Shown: positions 1 to 12,086 of the stretch, piece by piece
Layout: each line of letters opens with the position of its first letter
How positions within the stretch are numbered: position 1 is the first letter of the stretch
Assembly (NCBI GenBank): GCA_045837725.1
Contig: JBEWZL010000201.1
Span: 1 to 64,000, forward strand
Origin: Vermamoeba vermiformis
Taxonomy: Eukaryota
DNA length: 64,000 nt
Direction: 5' to 3'
Notes under the pieces: model-generated
The model's input: the letters and a program-made list of their open reading frames with translations, nothing else
The model's database searches: none
What the model was told of the DNA's origin: nothing
Translations under genes and position numbers: made by a program

Positions 1-558
1 AAAAGAAGTTCTTTGCAAATATATACATCTGGAAGTTGTTACCAGACATGCAACTTGTCTGGGCTGGATAACTTAGCGCGCTGGACATCATACCCTGGCT
101 GGCTGTGTCATCCACACTGGATTGGCCATCCCCAAAGTCATTGGTCACATCCAAGGGCATGTTGTGGCGAGTCGCTATATGGTCATGGTAGTTATGCAAG
201 CAGTATTGAAACCAAAGCTACTTTTGAAATGGGGACATCAGTGTTTTTCACTTTAGCCATTGCTGCCTTTGTTTCAGGAATTTCCTGCTTTGTGGCTGGC
301 TCGGTACGGTACAAGGGCCAACTGATTGGTGATAACAAACCATGCAATGTTGCGACATTTAAAAGGCTAGCAGGAATTGACTGGGACTGCATAATGTTGT
401 TTATTGGAAGAGGCTTCCCACTTCCACAAAGATCCCAAAACCTCCTGATGCCTAATAGTACTTCTTGGCCAACGCTGGTGCTGGCAAAGTTTGGTTAAGT
501 TTGTCAATTACTACATCCAAATCCATGGTCAGGGTTGCTTAACAAACATTTATTTACA

Positions 559-1762
559 TTACCACTTCTGGACAATCAATTTAGAACGATCAAACTGGGG
601 TGGTGGAGGCAACTTAGCATTATCAATCGCCTGTTTGGTCATGCAATAACGCGGATCAACACTCTGCAATCCCTCGTAGCCCAACAAGGAGAGACCAGTG
701 AGTCCAAAGCAGGTGTGATACACATCCACCATGTTGCCTGGCTTGTCTGCAAATCCACCAGTCTCCTCGTCCTGACACGACAAGATCCACTCGGTCAGCA
801 GTGCCTTGTCGATCCACTCCAGCTTGCCGAGCATGGCCAGACACGAGAGCACCCACCACGAGTAGCACACATCGGGCAACTTCTCGGGTCTGCCGTTCAG
901 TCCACCCTCTTTGACCTGTCGCTCAGCCAGCCACCAGCCGAGCAGTTCCGCGTCAATGAGATCGAGCGCGTCCAATATCGCGAGCATGCCCACGCAGCAG
1001 AATGTCTGGCCCGCGTGTGACTCGCCGCCTGGCACCACACCAAAGGCCTCATCAAAGTTCTTGCACTTGAGCACCTGTGTCCGCGGTGAGTACTCGTAGT
1101 GGTATATATAGAGAGGGCTGCAGTACTCACAAAGTTGATGCAGGCAGGTATGTCGATCAGATCCAGGCGATGCAACAGCGACAAGCACGACACTGCAATA
1201 TAGGAGAAGCGCGTGTCAACTTCGCCCCACTGATCACCGCGGAATGAGCCGTCAGTGTTCTGCATCGAGGCTACAAATGCTGCTACACGCGCGGTGTCAA
1301 TGCGATCGAGGGCATTGAGCTGCACGAGCACTTGTACCGCACTCAGCGTGTACAACAGATGTGGATCGTGGTTCTTATTGCCTCCAAAGCCACCTAAATG
1401 GCTATTAGAACGTGAAAATATTATGACGCAATATCGCTAGTCCGTACCACTTGGATGTTGCGCAGCGAGGATGGTCTGAATAGTTTTCTCGCGATCGAGT
1501 GCGTGCAAGTGATGCAAGACATCAATGCCGACATAGCCCCAATAGATGCCACTCACTTTCAAGTGCTCTGTGGCCCAGTATTCGAAACTGTCGTGCTTCT
1601 GCGCAGTGTCAGTAAATGATCGTTTAGCTAATAATTAATTGTAAGCTGATATTAATATTGCGAATATTATAATAACAAGTCTCATATGAGCATGCGTACT
1701 TCCTCCTCCAAGCTCTTAATGTACTCGACGTGTTTGTCGCGCAGCAGTGTCTTTTTCTCCAT
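559..1762 (-). CDS. RABGGTB: Rab geranylgeranyltransferase (GGTase-II) beta subunit, multi-exon
   Basis: Spliced translation [20 protein letters not shown]...[19 protein letters not shown]...[13 protein letters not shown]...[24 protein letters not shown]...[20 protein letters not shown]...[19 protein letters not shown] matches BET2/RABGGTB prenyltransferase repeats; short GT-AG introns. Confidence 0.95.
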
Positions 1763-1980
1763 CTGACTTGCTTGGTGAGTACTGATTATTAACCACTATA
1801 ATATATACACTAGCACCAGCAGTCACTGCTCTGCACCTTTCAAATAAAATTGAATCGGCCGCTTCGAGTCACCTCCGAGTTCGGGGTACCCGCAAAACAG
1901 TTCGGGAGCCCGACATTCCGCTCCTCCCGACATGACCGCGCACCAACAGATCTGCTCACTCGAATTACAGCTCCGAATCC

Positions 1981-2962
1981 ATGAACAATCCTCGCGTGCA
2001 CTTTCTGTTGCACAAGTCATGGCAACGCTCCACTGAAGACAAAGACGCGAGGATGTACCACTGGCAGCGCGGTGATTACAAGAAGAGCGATGACCGCACG
2101 CTCAACTACGTATTTACAGGAAAATTAACGCTATTTCCGCTATTTATATTGCTCCTCGCCGTTGGATCAGCGAGTCTGCTGCTGTTTGGTGACAAGAGCT
2201 ACTTTGACGGCTATTTTCAAAGCAATGAAGTGTATTACGGCATTGCAGGCATCGTGTTGCTCGTAGTATCAAGCACGCTGCTCATATTCTTGCTGTTGTG
2301 GCTCGTGGTCAAGATCACATTCACCTACACCCCCACCATGTTTGTCGTCACTAAGCGCGGCATCATACGCTCCTCGCGACTCGAATTCAAGCTGTCGCAG
2401 AGCTCACTGCTCTACTTCAGAACGCACTTCAACGACGATCAGTCCTGGCTGCAGCTTGTTGTCAAAGAAGGAGATCAATATTACAAAATATTTAGTCTGC
2501 GAGGCAAAGTAAGTGCCATTTATTGATATTATACTGTCATACCAAATAGTAATTTTAAAAAATCAGGGAAATCAAAAAGAACGATTTTCGAAATTATTTA
2601 GATCATTGCAAGAGGAGCTGTATCGATGGCAAAGCAAATACTGCAGAAATATGAATATAGCGCGAGACTCACGACTGAATACGCGCGAGATTGTCTCTAA
2701 AGACGAGTTCACGCTCGTGGATCCGTTCACTGCACGACTCAAAGCCTTGACAGAACAGCGTCGCGAAGAGCAAGATGAGGGCAATACGGTGCACTACGAA
2801 TATAGAGCAATCGATCGCATGCGCAACAGACCACTCTGCATTGAAGACATACCTGTCATATCGTACGACTCGTTCTTCAAGCACTTTACGCATCAGAAGT
2901 CGCTGCCGCAGAACAAGACTAGCAACGACATTGGGGCTACTCAACTATCGATTAATGTGTAA
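1981..2962 (+). CDS. hypothetical protein with two N-terminal TM helices (2 exons)
   Basis: ORFs 1981-2526 and 2513-2962 joined by a GTAAGT...AATCAG intron (~2509-2566); two hydrophobic segments; no family recognised. Confidence 0.6.
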
Positions 2963-3093
2963 TATTGTCATATATAGCTCAATTGTCACCTTGTACATAG
3001 TAAATCGGTCTATTTGAAGAAGCCCGCCAATTTTTTAATTCGCTTTTAAAAATCAGCGCAGCAGTTGCACAGCAGAAGAGCACACTAGGCGCG

Positions 3094-5714
3094 ATGAATA
3101 ACACTGCTGCGACCTCTCGTCGTAGGCCTACTGGGTTGCCGGCAACAGGGGCAAGCACAGGTGATACGAACAAGCTTCAAACACAATACAAACAAGACAA
3201 AGGTAATCTGTCGAATCCGCTCTATTGTTATTGCCCATCCATTAACCTAATATTGATTAATAGAGAAGTTTGCGGATTTTATTAGGAACTTCAAGACGGA
3301 AGAAAACGGAGAAGAGACATTCAAATACGTTGAAATATTAGTGAGTGGCGGCAACATTGCTTAAGCTTGAATAATCGCTGTCTCGCATAACTGACTGTTC
3401 CGTATGATTATAGAAAAAAATAGCAACTAGAGAGCAGAAGATTTTGAATATCGAGCTTGATGACTTGACGACGCACTTCAAGAACGAGATCTTGACCGAG
3501 TCAATCATCAAAAACACGGTGCGCTATGTGAACCTATTCTGCGATGTTATCGACGAGGAGTTGCCCACCACAGACATGCCAGTGAATGAAGAGGACGTGT
3601 TGGATGTGCTGCGCATGCATCGCTTGACTTCCCTGACGCACAATGGCGCCAAGCCCAAGCCCGGCCCTGCACGCCCTGCTGATGCGAGCACTGGCAAGCA
3701 AGAGAGCGAAGAGACACTGCCCAAAGAACTGTTGCGTCGCTAGTGAGTCCCTCATTGCACTCCTCTCTATATATATCGTGTTGTGCTAACTGTAGCTCGC
3801 AGTGAACTCAACTTCATCGCACCGCGCAAGATGGCTGAAGTGCCGCTGCGTGAAGTGCGTGCGCGACACATTGGTCAGCTGGTGAGTGTGCGCGGTGTGG
3901 TGACGCGCTGCAGTGAAGTCAAGCCGCTGCTGCAAATAGCGACGTACACCTGCGAGGACTGCGGCTTTGAGATCTATCAGCGCATCACACAGCGCGTGTA
4001 CATACCGCTGCATCAGTGTCCGAACTGCGCCAAGACCACTGGACGCGGTCAACTCACGCAACAGACGCGCGGCTGCAAATTTGTCAAGGTAAGGCCAGCC
4101 CTGTCGCAGTGGTACTGATGCACTGACCGCTGCTCTAGTTTCAAGACATGCGCATTCAAGAGAACGCTGCGCAAGTGCCGATTGGTCACGTGCCCCGCAC
4201 ACTGCACGTGCACATACAGGGTGAATTGACGCGACACTGTGCACCGGGCGACAACATCACCGTGCACGGCGTGTTCTTGCCCCTCGCAAATGAGGGCTTT
4301 CAAGCGATCAAGACGGGTCTGGTGGCCGAGACCTACTTGTACGCGATGCATGTGGTGCAGCACAAGAAGAAGTACAGCGAGTTCAATCCCAACGAGGACA
4401 TGGCCAGCAAGATTGAGAAGTTCATCGAAGGTACTGCGCGACCATGGTGTCGTAGTGCCACTGACTAATCGATAAAAATATACAGAGCCCGATGCCTACA
4501 CACGCCTCGCACGATCGATTGCCCCCGAGATCTGGGGCATGTTGGACGTCAAGAAAGCACTGTTGCTGCAGATGGTGGGTGGTGTGACCAAAGTGATGCG
4601 CGACGGCATGAAGATCCGCGGTGACATCAACATCTGTCTCATGGGTGACCCTGGTGTGGCCAAGAGTCAGCTGCTCAAACACATCGCCACCCTCGCACCG
4701 CGCGCAGTGTACACCTCGGGCAAGGGCAGTTCAGGCGTGGGTCTCACCGCAGCCATTCTCAAGGACCCCATCACGGGCGAGATGACCCTCGAGGGCGGCA
4801 GTCTGGTGCTGAGTGACATGGGCATCTGCTGCATCGACGAGTTCGACAAGATGGACGACTACGACCGCACGGCCATTCACGAGGTGATGGAGCAGCAGAC
4901 CATCAGCATCGCCAAGGCCGGCATCACCACCTCGCTCAATGCACGCACTGCTATTCTCGCAGCGGCCAATCCTGCCTATGGACGCTACAACCCCGCACGA
5001 CCACCGCTCGAGAACATCAATCTGCCTGCAGCACTGCTCTCGCGCTTCGATCTGCTCTTCTTGTTGCTCGACAAAGCAGATCCGATCCGTGACCGCGAAC
5101 TGGCCGAACACGTGACACACGTGCACCGCTTCAGTCGACATCCGCACATGGACACGGAGGCCTGCAGTCCGGAGTTCATTCGCGCATTCATTGCCCTCGC
5201 TAAGCGCCAACAGCCCAGCATCCCTCGCGATCTGCGCACCCACCTCGTCGACAGCTATGTGAATATGCGCCACGACGACTTGACGCAGCACCGACGCGGC
5301 GGCCAGTTCACCTACACCACTGCACGCACTCTGCTCGCCACGCTGCGCATCGCTCAAGCACTCGCGCGCCTTCGATTCGCCACGCACGTCACGCACGCAG
5401 ATGTAGAAGAGGCACTGCGACTGTTAGACGCGTCCAAGGCCTCGCTCTGGGAGTCACAGCACGGCTCTGGCGCCAATGCAGGACCTCGTCGTGCTGCATC
5501 TGACTTCGCCACTGCAGTGTTTGGTATCGTGCGTGATTGGGCCCTCAGTCACGACGAAATTGAACTCAACTACGAGGATCTGTTGCCCGTTGTGCTGGCT
5601 CGCGGCTATTCGCAACAACAGCTGGATCAGACACTCGAAGTGTACGAACGTCTCGAGATCTGGATTGTAAGTGCCAACAGACGCACGATTACCTTTGTAT
5701 CTCACGGACAGTGA
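3094..5714 (+). CDS. MCM7: DNA replication licensing factor MCM7
   Basis: GDINICLMGDPGVAKSQLL Walker A (MCM7-type), CIDEFDKM Walker B, AALLSRFDL arginine finger, CEDC...CPNC zinc finger; multi-exon. Confidence 0.95.
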
Positions 5715-5894
5715 GCTGTAAATCTTGTAAATGACTGTTAACCCCCACCACACCGCGTGTACTGGCCAGCTGAGAGGTCGGTGCTGCAGACAGACATCGA
5801 CATTGGTCGGTTTTGCTCACGTGCACTGCTAGAGCACAATAATACTAGTGTGTAGTGCGCTGAGTAGTTGTTGACTTTCTTAACCTCGTACACA

Positions 5895-8089
5895 ATGCTT
5901 ACTGTTCGTAGACTCGTTTCTTCGTCGGTGAAGTAAGTGGCGCATCTGACACAGATCGTGAACGGACAACGCTAATTACTCACCATGACATTTGCAGGAG
6001 ATTGCATGCAGCGAAGAGCTCCGTGCGCGCAGTGAGTGCCATCACCGCACAGCGCAGTGTCTCCACTCTCACTCGCCACAAGGTAATTATTAAAACAGAA
6101 AATATTCCATGTGAACTCAAAATTATTATCAAGCTATTAAGATGTTAGTTCATATTATTTATTAGCGAATGGGGATATTATAGCAATTAAATAAATTTAT
6201 TGCAGCCCGCTGGTCGCATCTCAACCCACACGAGCGTAAAGTCGGTCAATGTACTGCTCGCTCGTCCAGAAATTACAGCGTCAATGAAGAGATTTTTGGC
6301 TACCAAGCCCGACGGTGAGTAATTAATATCCACGATAAGGTGAGCCGTCAACTCATATAGATCAGTGCCCTACACATTGTTGGATCTGCCCGCGCTGTCC
6401 CCGACCATGGCTGAGGGCAATCTCTCTAGCTGGAAGAAGAAGGAAGGTGATCAAGTGCGCACTGGCGACATGATTGCCGAGATTGAGACTGACAAGGCCA
6501 CTGTGGCCTATGAAGCTACGGAAGAGGGCTACTTGGCCAAGATCTTGGTCCCTGATGGCACCAAAAAGCTCAAAGTCGGCAGTCCTATTGCCGTGCTCGT
6601 GACCAAGGCTGAACACGTCAGCAAGTTCAAGGACTTCACCCTCGAGGCTGCGAGTGCTGGATCTGCCCCCGCCCCTGCTGCCCCTGCTGCACCGAGCAAG
6701 ACTGACGCAGCCCCTGCCCCGCGCAGCACCACAGTCCCGCACACTGAACTCGAACTGCCCGCACTGTCCCCGACCATGGCTGAGGGCAATCTGTCGAGCT
6801 GGACCAAACAGGTCGGTGATGCCATCAAGCCTGGCGACATGATTGCTGAGATTGAGACTGACAAGGCCACTGTGGCCTATGAAGCTACGGAAGAGGGCTA
6901 CTTGGCCAAGATCTTGGTGCCTGCAGGTACGAAGAAGATCAAAGTCGGCACACCCATCGCACTGGTGGTGAGTGACAAGGCCCTCATTGCACAGCTCAAA
7001 GACTACACGCCGGGCACCAAGAGCGGATCTGACACCGCTGCTGCCACCACTGCTGCTCCGAGCACTCCCACTCCAACACCTGTCCCTGCTCCGCAACAGA
7101 CTCAAGCCCCCTCCTCTGGTGGTCGTGTCTTTGCTTCACCTCTCGCGCGCAAAACAGCCAGTGAACTGCAAGTAGATCTGCAACAGATCCGCGGCACTGG
7201 TCCCAATCAGCGCGTGGTGCGTCAAGATGTGCTCGAGTACGCGCAATCTGCACCACGCACAGCTCAACAGCCACAACAACAACAACAGCAAGCACGTGCT
7301 GTACCTGCCCCAGTCAGCGGTGCTAACTACACTGATGTGCCGGCCTCGCAGATCCGCAAGTTGACCGCAGCACGCTTGACCATGTCCAAGCAGACTATCC
7401 CTCACTACTACTTGACTATGGACTGCCGTGTCGATGAACTGCTCAAGTAAGTGACCACTGACCAATGTACAGCCATCAATACTCACCACCCCCTCGCTAG
7501 AGTGCGCGCAGATCTGAATGCCAAGGCCAAGGACGGCGAGTACAAGTTGTCAGTGAACGACTTCATCATCAAAGCGGCTGCGCTGGCCTTGAAGAAGGTG
7601 CCTGAAGCTAACTCCGAGTGGCGCGGTGAAGAAGAAGTGATTCGTCGCTACAACACAGTGGACATCAATGTCGCAGTCAACACTGATCGTGGCTTGTTCA
7701 CTCCCCTCATTCGCGACGCAGATCTGAAGGGCTTGGCTACCATTGCCAACAGCGTGAAAGATCTCGCCAAGAAGGCCCAAGACAACAAGCTGAGCTTGGA
7801 TGAGTTGCAGATCGGCACTTTCACCATCTCCAACTTGGGCATGTTTGGCATCAAGCAGTTCGCTGCAGTTATCAATCCGCCTCAAGCGTGCATTCTCGCT
7901 GTCGGTGGCACTGAGAAGCGTGTGATCGTGAACGAGAGTGCCAAGGAAGAGAAGGACAAGTTTGCTGTCGCTAATTACATGTCCGTCACATTGAGCTGCG
8001 ATCACCGTGTCGTGGACGGTGCTATTGGTGCTCGTTGGTTGCAGGCCTTCAAGGACATTGTGGAAAATCCCCTCAAATTGATGTTGTAA
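5895..8089 (+). CDS. DLAT: pyruvate dehydrogenase E2 (dihydrolipoamide acetyltransferase), mitochondrial, two lipoyl domains
   Basis: Presequence MLTVRRLVSSSVKRLHAAK...; two LPALSPTM...IETDKA lipoyl domains; E3-binding ASPLARK...GTGP; catalytic DHRVVDGA. Confidence 0.95.
6386..6918 (+). repeat. internal tandem duplication (lipoyl domains, 369-nt offset)
   Basis: 6479-6549 is identical to 6848-6918 (71 nt, including synonymous positions). Confidence 0.85.
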
Positions 8090-8214
8090 ACTGTTAAATC
8101 GATATCCTTATTAAAACGTATGCAAAAAACACTCGCGTCTAGTTCGAATTAGTTTTTACTTTCTTTTGATTGTTTTACAAAATTGATTGGAGACAAGTCT
8201 GCTCAGCCTTGCAT

Positions 8215-10479
8215 TTACAACTCGTCGTGATCAGGCATGTCACCTTGACCAGCAGCACCAGCTTGAGCGTACAACTTGCTGAAGATGGGTTGCACAATCT
8301 GTTCGAGTTCCTTGTACTTCTCGTCGTACTCGTCCTTCTCAGCACCCAAGTGCTCGTCGAGCCACTCAATGGTCTCCTTCACGGCATTCTCCACTGTTTG
8401 ACGGTCCTCTTCTTCAATCTTGTCCTTGAGGCCCTTAGTCTCGTCGTTCAAAGTGTTGCGAATGCTGTACACGTAGTTCTCGAGGCTGTTCTTGGCTTCA
8501 ACCTTCTCGCGAGCCTTCTTGTCCTCTTCTTCAAAGTCTTCAGCTTCCTTCACCATGCGTTGAATTTCTTCTTCGCTCAAACGACCCTTCTCACTGGTGA
8601 TGGTGATCTGTTCGGACTTGTCGGAGGCCTTGTCGGTGGCACGCACACTCAAAATACCGTTGACGTCAATCTCGAAAGTGACTTCGATTTGAGGAGTGCC
8701 ACGAGGAGCGGGAGGAATGCCAGTCAATTCGAACTTGCCGAGCAAGTGGTTGTCCTTGGTCATCGAGCGCTCACCTTCGAAGACTTGAATCAAGACACGA
8801 TCTTGGTTGTCTTGGTAGGTGGAGAAGATCTGGCTCTTCTTGGTGGGGATCTGCGAGTTGCGTTCGATCAACTTGGTCATGACACCACCAACAGTCTCAA
8901 TGCCGAGTGAGAGAGGCGCAACGTCCAACAACAAGATGCTGTCAGTGTCTTCTGCGTCACTCAACACACCTCCTTGCACTGCAGCACCGTGGGCCACAGC
9001 CTCGTCGGGATTGACACCCTTGTTGGGCTCTTTGCCGTTGAAGAAGTCCTTGAGCAGTTGTTGCACCTTGGGGATACGAGTGGAACCACCAACGAGCACC
9101 ACTTCGTCAATCTCGTGCTTGTCGAGCTTGGCGTCCTTGAGCACGCGTTCAAGAGGCACGAGTGTCTTCTTGAAGAGGTCCATATTGAGCTCTTCAAACT
9201 TGGCGCGGCTGAGAGGCTCGCTGAAGTCCTGACCCTCGAAGAAGGCTTCAATCTCCACGCGCACTTGATGTTGGTTGCTGAGGGACTTCTTGGCGTTCTC
9301 GACGGCACGGCGCAGCTTTTGAAGAGCTTTCTTGTCACCGCTGGCATCGAGACCAGTCTTCTTCTTGAAGGTCTTGAGCAGGTACTCCATCACGCGCTGA
9401 TCAAAGTCCTCGCCACCCAAGTGCGTGTCACCGTTCGTGGCCATCACTTCGAACACACCGTTGTCGATGGTCAGTGCAGAGACGTCAAAAGTACCGCCAC
9501 CGAGATCGAAGACGAGAATGTTCTTCTCTTTGCCCTTTTGATCCATGCCGTACGCAATAGCTGCCGCGGTGGGTTCGTTGATGATGCGGATCACATTCAG
9601 ACCTGCAATACGACCAGCGTCCTTAGTGGCTTGTTTCTGCGCGTCGTTGAAGTAGGCAGGAACGGTAACTACGGCGTTCTTCACGGGTTTGCCGATGTAG
9701 TCTTCGGCGATCTTCTTCATCTTCTGCAACACCATGGCGCTGATCTCTTCAGGGCTGAACACTTTGCTCTCACCCTTGACTTGCACCTCGACGTAAGGCT
9801 TGTTGTCGCGGTTGACGACCTTGTAGGGCAACAACTTGATGTCGCGTTGCACGTGAACGTCGTCAAAAGTACGACCGATGAGACGCTTCACATCAAAGAC
9901 GGTGTTGGTGGGATTAATAGCAGCTTGGTTCTTAGCTGCGTCTCCAACCAATCTCTCTTCGTCGGTGAAGGCTACATAACTGGGGGTAATTCTGTTGCCC
10001 AACTCGTTGGGGATGATCTCGACTTTTCCTCCGCTCTTGTAAATACCGACACAACTGTAAGTAGTGCCCAAATCAATACCAATAACAGGTCCTTCGACTG
10101 TAGGTGGAGTTACATTAGTAATGAATTTACAGCAGTTATTTAAGAAATTGGTGACGTCATTGCCAGATCAGCTAAGTTATGAATAAAAAATGAACGAGAA
10201 GATTAAACATGCGTGTATATAACTAATTGAAGGATAATACTGCAGTCCAAGTATATAACCGCAGTTTCCAATAATTTCAGAAAGCGGAAAACAATCCTCC
10301 ATCAGCTGATCTGTTGGCAACACGCACCAAGTCAATAACCAAACCTACCTTTGTCTTCGCACGAAACGAGACCAAGAGCCAAGAGGCCGAACACTAACAC
10401 AACTGCATTTAATTCGTTAGTAAGCTGATTCGGTTTACTTTGTCGATCGTTAATACGTACCAATTAAGTTGGCTTTCAT
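8215..10479 (-). CDS. HSPA5: ER Hsp70 BiP/GRP78
   Basis: Signal peptide from two small 5' exons ([21 protein letters not shown]), [20 protein letters not shown]-terminal HDEL. Confidence 0.97.
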
Positions 10480-10554
10480 GTTGTCGTTGGTTGAGTTATT
10501 TGATAAAAAAAAAAGTTCAAGTCGGTTTTTTGATTTTTTACGGTGCTCTGCTGG

Positions 10555-10580
10555 TGACGTGTTTAAACGCAAACGATTGG
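10555..10580 (-). promoter_or_regulatory. candidate UPR/ER-stress element upstream of BiP (TGACGTG plus CCAAT)
   Basis: TGACGTG at 10555-10561 and ATTGG at 10576-10580, 75-100 bp upstream of the BiP ATG; resembles UPRE/ERSE elements (inference). Confidence 0.35.
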
Positions 10581-10712
10581 CTAGGCGGTGGAATTTCGTT
10601 TTATCAATTTTATGAATTTTCTTTTTTGGCTTCGTATGTACAATTCTCGAGAATAACACGTGTCAATGGTAAATTAAATTAAATTCACGAACGTTGCCAC
10701 GCGTCAATCCAA

Positions 10713-11984
10713 CTACGTCGCAGTCCACACAGAGTAGATCTTGTCGTAAAATGAGCAGGTGACGTACAGATCTGGTGCAGCGCGACACCAATCAATGCCG
10801 TACGCGAGAGTGTCTTGCGGTGCGACTTGCAGGTCTGTGTGGCGATGTTCAACGAGCTGCTGGAAGGTACGCGCTGCTGTGAGCTGCAGCAACTTGAAGT
10901 GATTGGATGCGCAACCAGCGGCCAGCACAATGCTCTTCTGCTCTATATTCATGTTGGTCCTATTCTCGCCGAGCAGTGAGTTGTGCACGTGTCGAATGCG
11001 CCACACACCACCGCCGAGCTGATGTTGCTCTGTGGGCTGACGCAACGACCTCAGATCCCACAGCTTGATGCTCTCGTCGTAGCTGTAACTCGGTCAATAG
11101 GGGTACTATTGTATATATATATGTGTATATATATTGTATGTATCTGCTCACCTGCCCACAGCGAGGGTGTGTTCCCAGGGCAAGAGTTCAATGTCAGTGA
11201 CACCCATCGTGTAGCTGCAGAGGTACGGTCAGTCACGTGTAGGTATGCATAAAGATATCCATAAATATATAGAGATATGGGTATATATATATATAGGCAT
11301 AAAGATATGCAACAAGCAGTGTCTACGTACTGCTTGGTGTTGGCCATGACAGCAGTCTCGCAGCGCAAGTCCCACACACGCAGCGCACAATCATCGCCCC
11401 CCGACACGATCACGTGCTCAGTGCCACCACTCGCCACGCACCACGCGGAGTATTCGTGCGCACTGGCACACTGCCACGTCACTCTGCCGTCCTCCACACT
11501 GCGCGCCAGCACTGCCCCTTGCTCCGTGCTCGTGAGGACGTGGCTGCGCTGATGCAGTGCGATGTAGAGCGCGAGTGAGTCCGTGGCCCAGTGCTGTACG
11601 AGCACTAGGCGCGCAGGGTGCAGATCTGTCGCGAGCTGCCACTGTTCGGTGCCCTCTGCTGTCGCTACAAACAGATCGCGCTCTCGCCTAAAATCAGGAA
11701 TAAATTAAGCATGCATGCGCTAAAAAGGATATAATAATTGCATGATTATTAGAGGGTTACCATTTGAGATCGAGCACCGCGCGGGTTGCGACGGATTGGA
11801 TCTGGGTGGCGGAACCGTTCTCGTATTTAAAGAGTAATATCTTACCCTCTCTGTTGCCTTGATGCTGGTAATAGCATCCAATCACAAAATAGTGTTGAAA
11901 ATCAGCGGCAGGACACCAGCCAACCACATCTCCACTCAACTTATCATCCACCACGCCATGCTTCAACAGTTTAATATTAGCCAT
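10713..11984 (-). CDS. DPH7: diphthine methyl ester hydrolase DPH7/WDR85-like WD40 protein
   Basis: Motifs AVLDLKW, AHEYSAW, SGGDDCALRVWDLR, GGGVWR, LAYGIDW, TCSFYDK typical of DPH7; multi-exon. Confidence 0.85.
11110..11295. repeat. (TA)n microsatellite tracts in two DPH7 introns
   Basis: gtatatatatatgtgtatatatat (~11111-11134) and gtatatatatatata (~11281-11295). Confidence 0.6.
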
Positions 11985-12086
11985 AGTAAATAACGATACG
12001 TGGTCTATTGAACAGCGAGTAGTGTTGAATGTTAGGGCCACCAGTGTTTATTTGTAGTTCTTATTTTGACAGATCACATCCACACC

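Noticed and set aside
13-498. 161-aa ORF at the window start
   Set aside because: Non-ATG start, no recognisable motif and composition unlike host genes; not called as a CDS.
8170-10143. Long antisense ORFs opposite BiP (also 17061-18284 opposite Hsp70 and 12561-13826)
   Set aside because: Expected shadow ORFs of strongly C/G-ending codon usage, well known for hsp70 genes; no independent coding signal.
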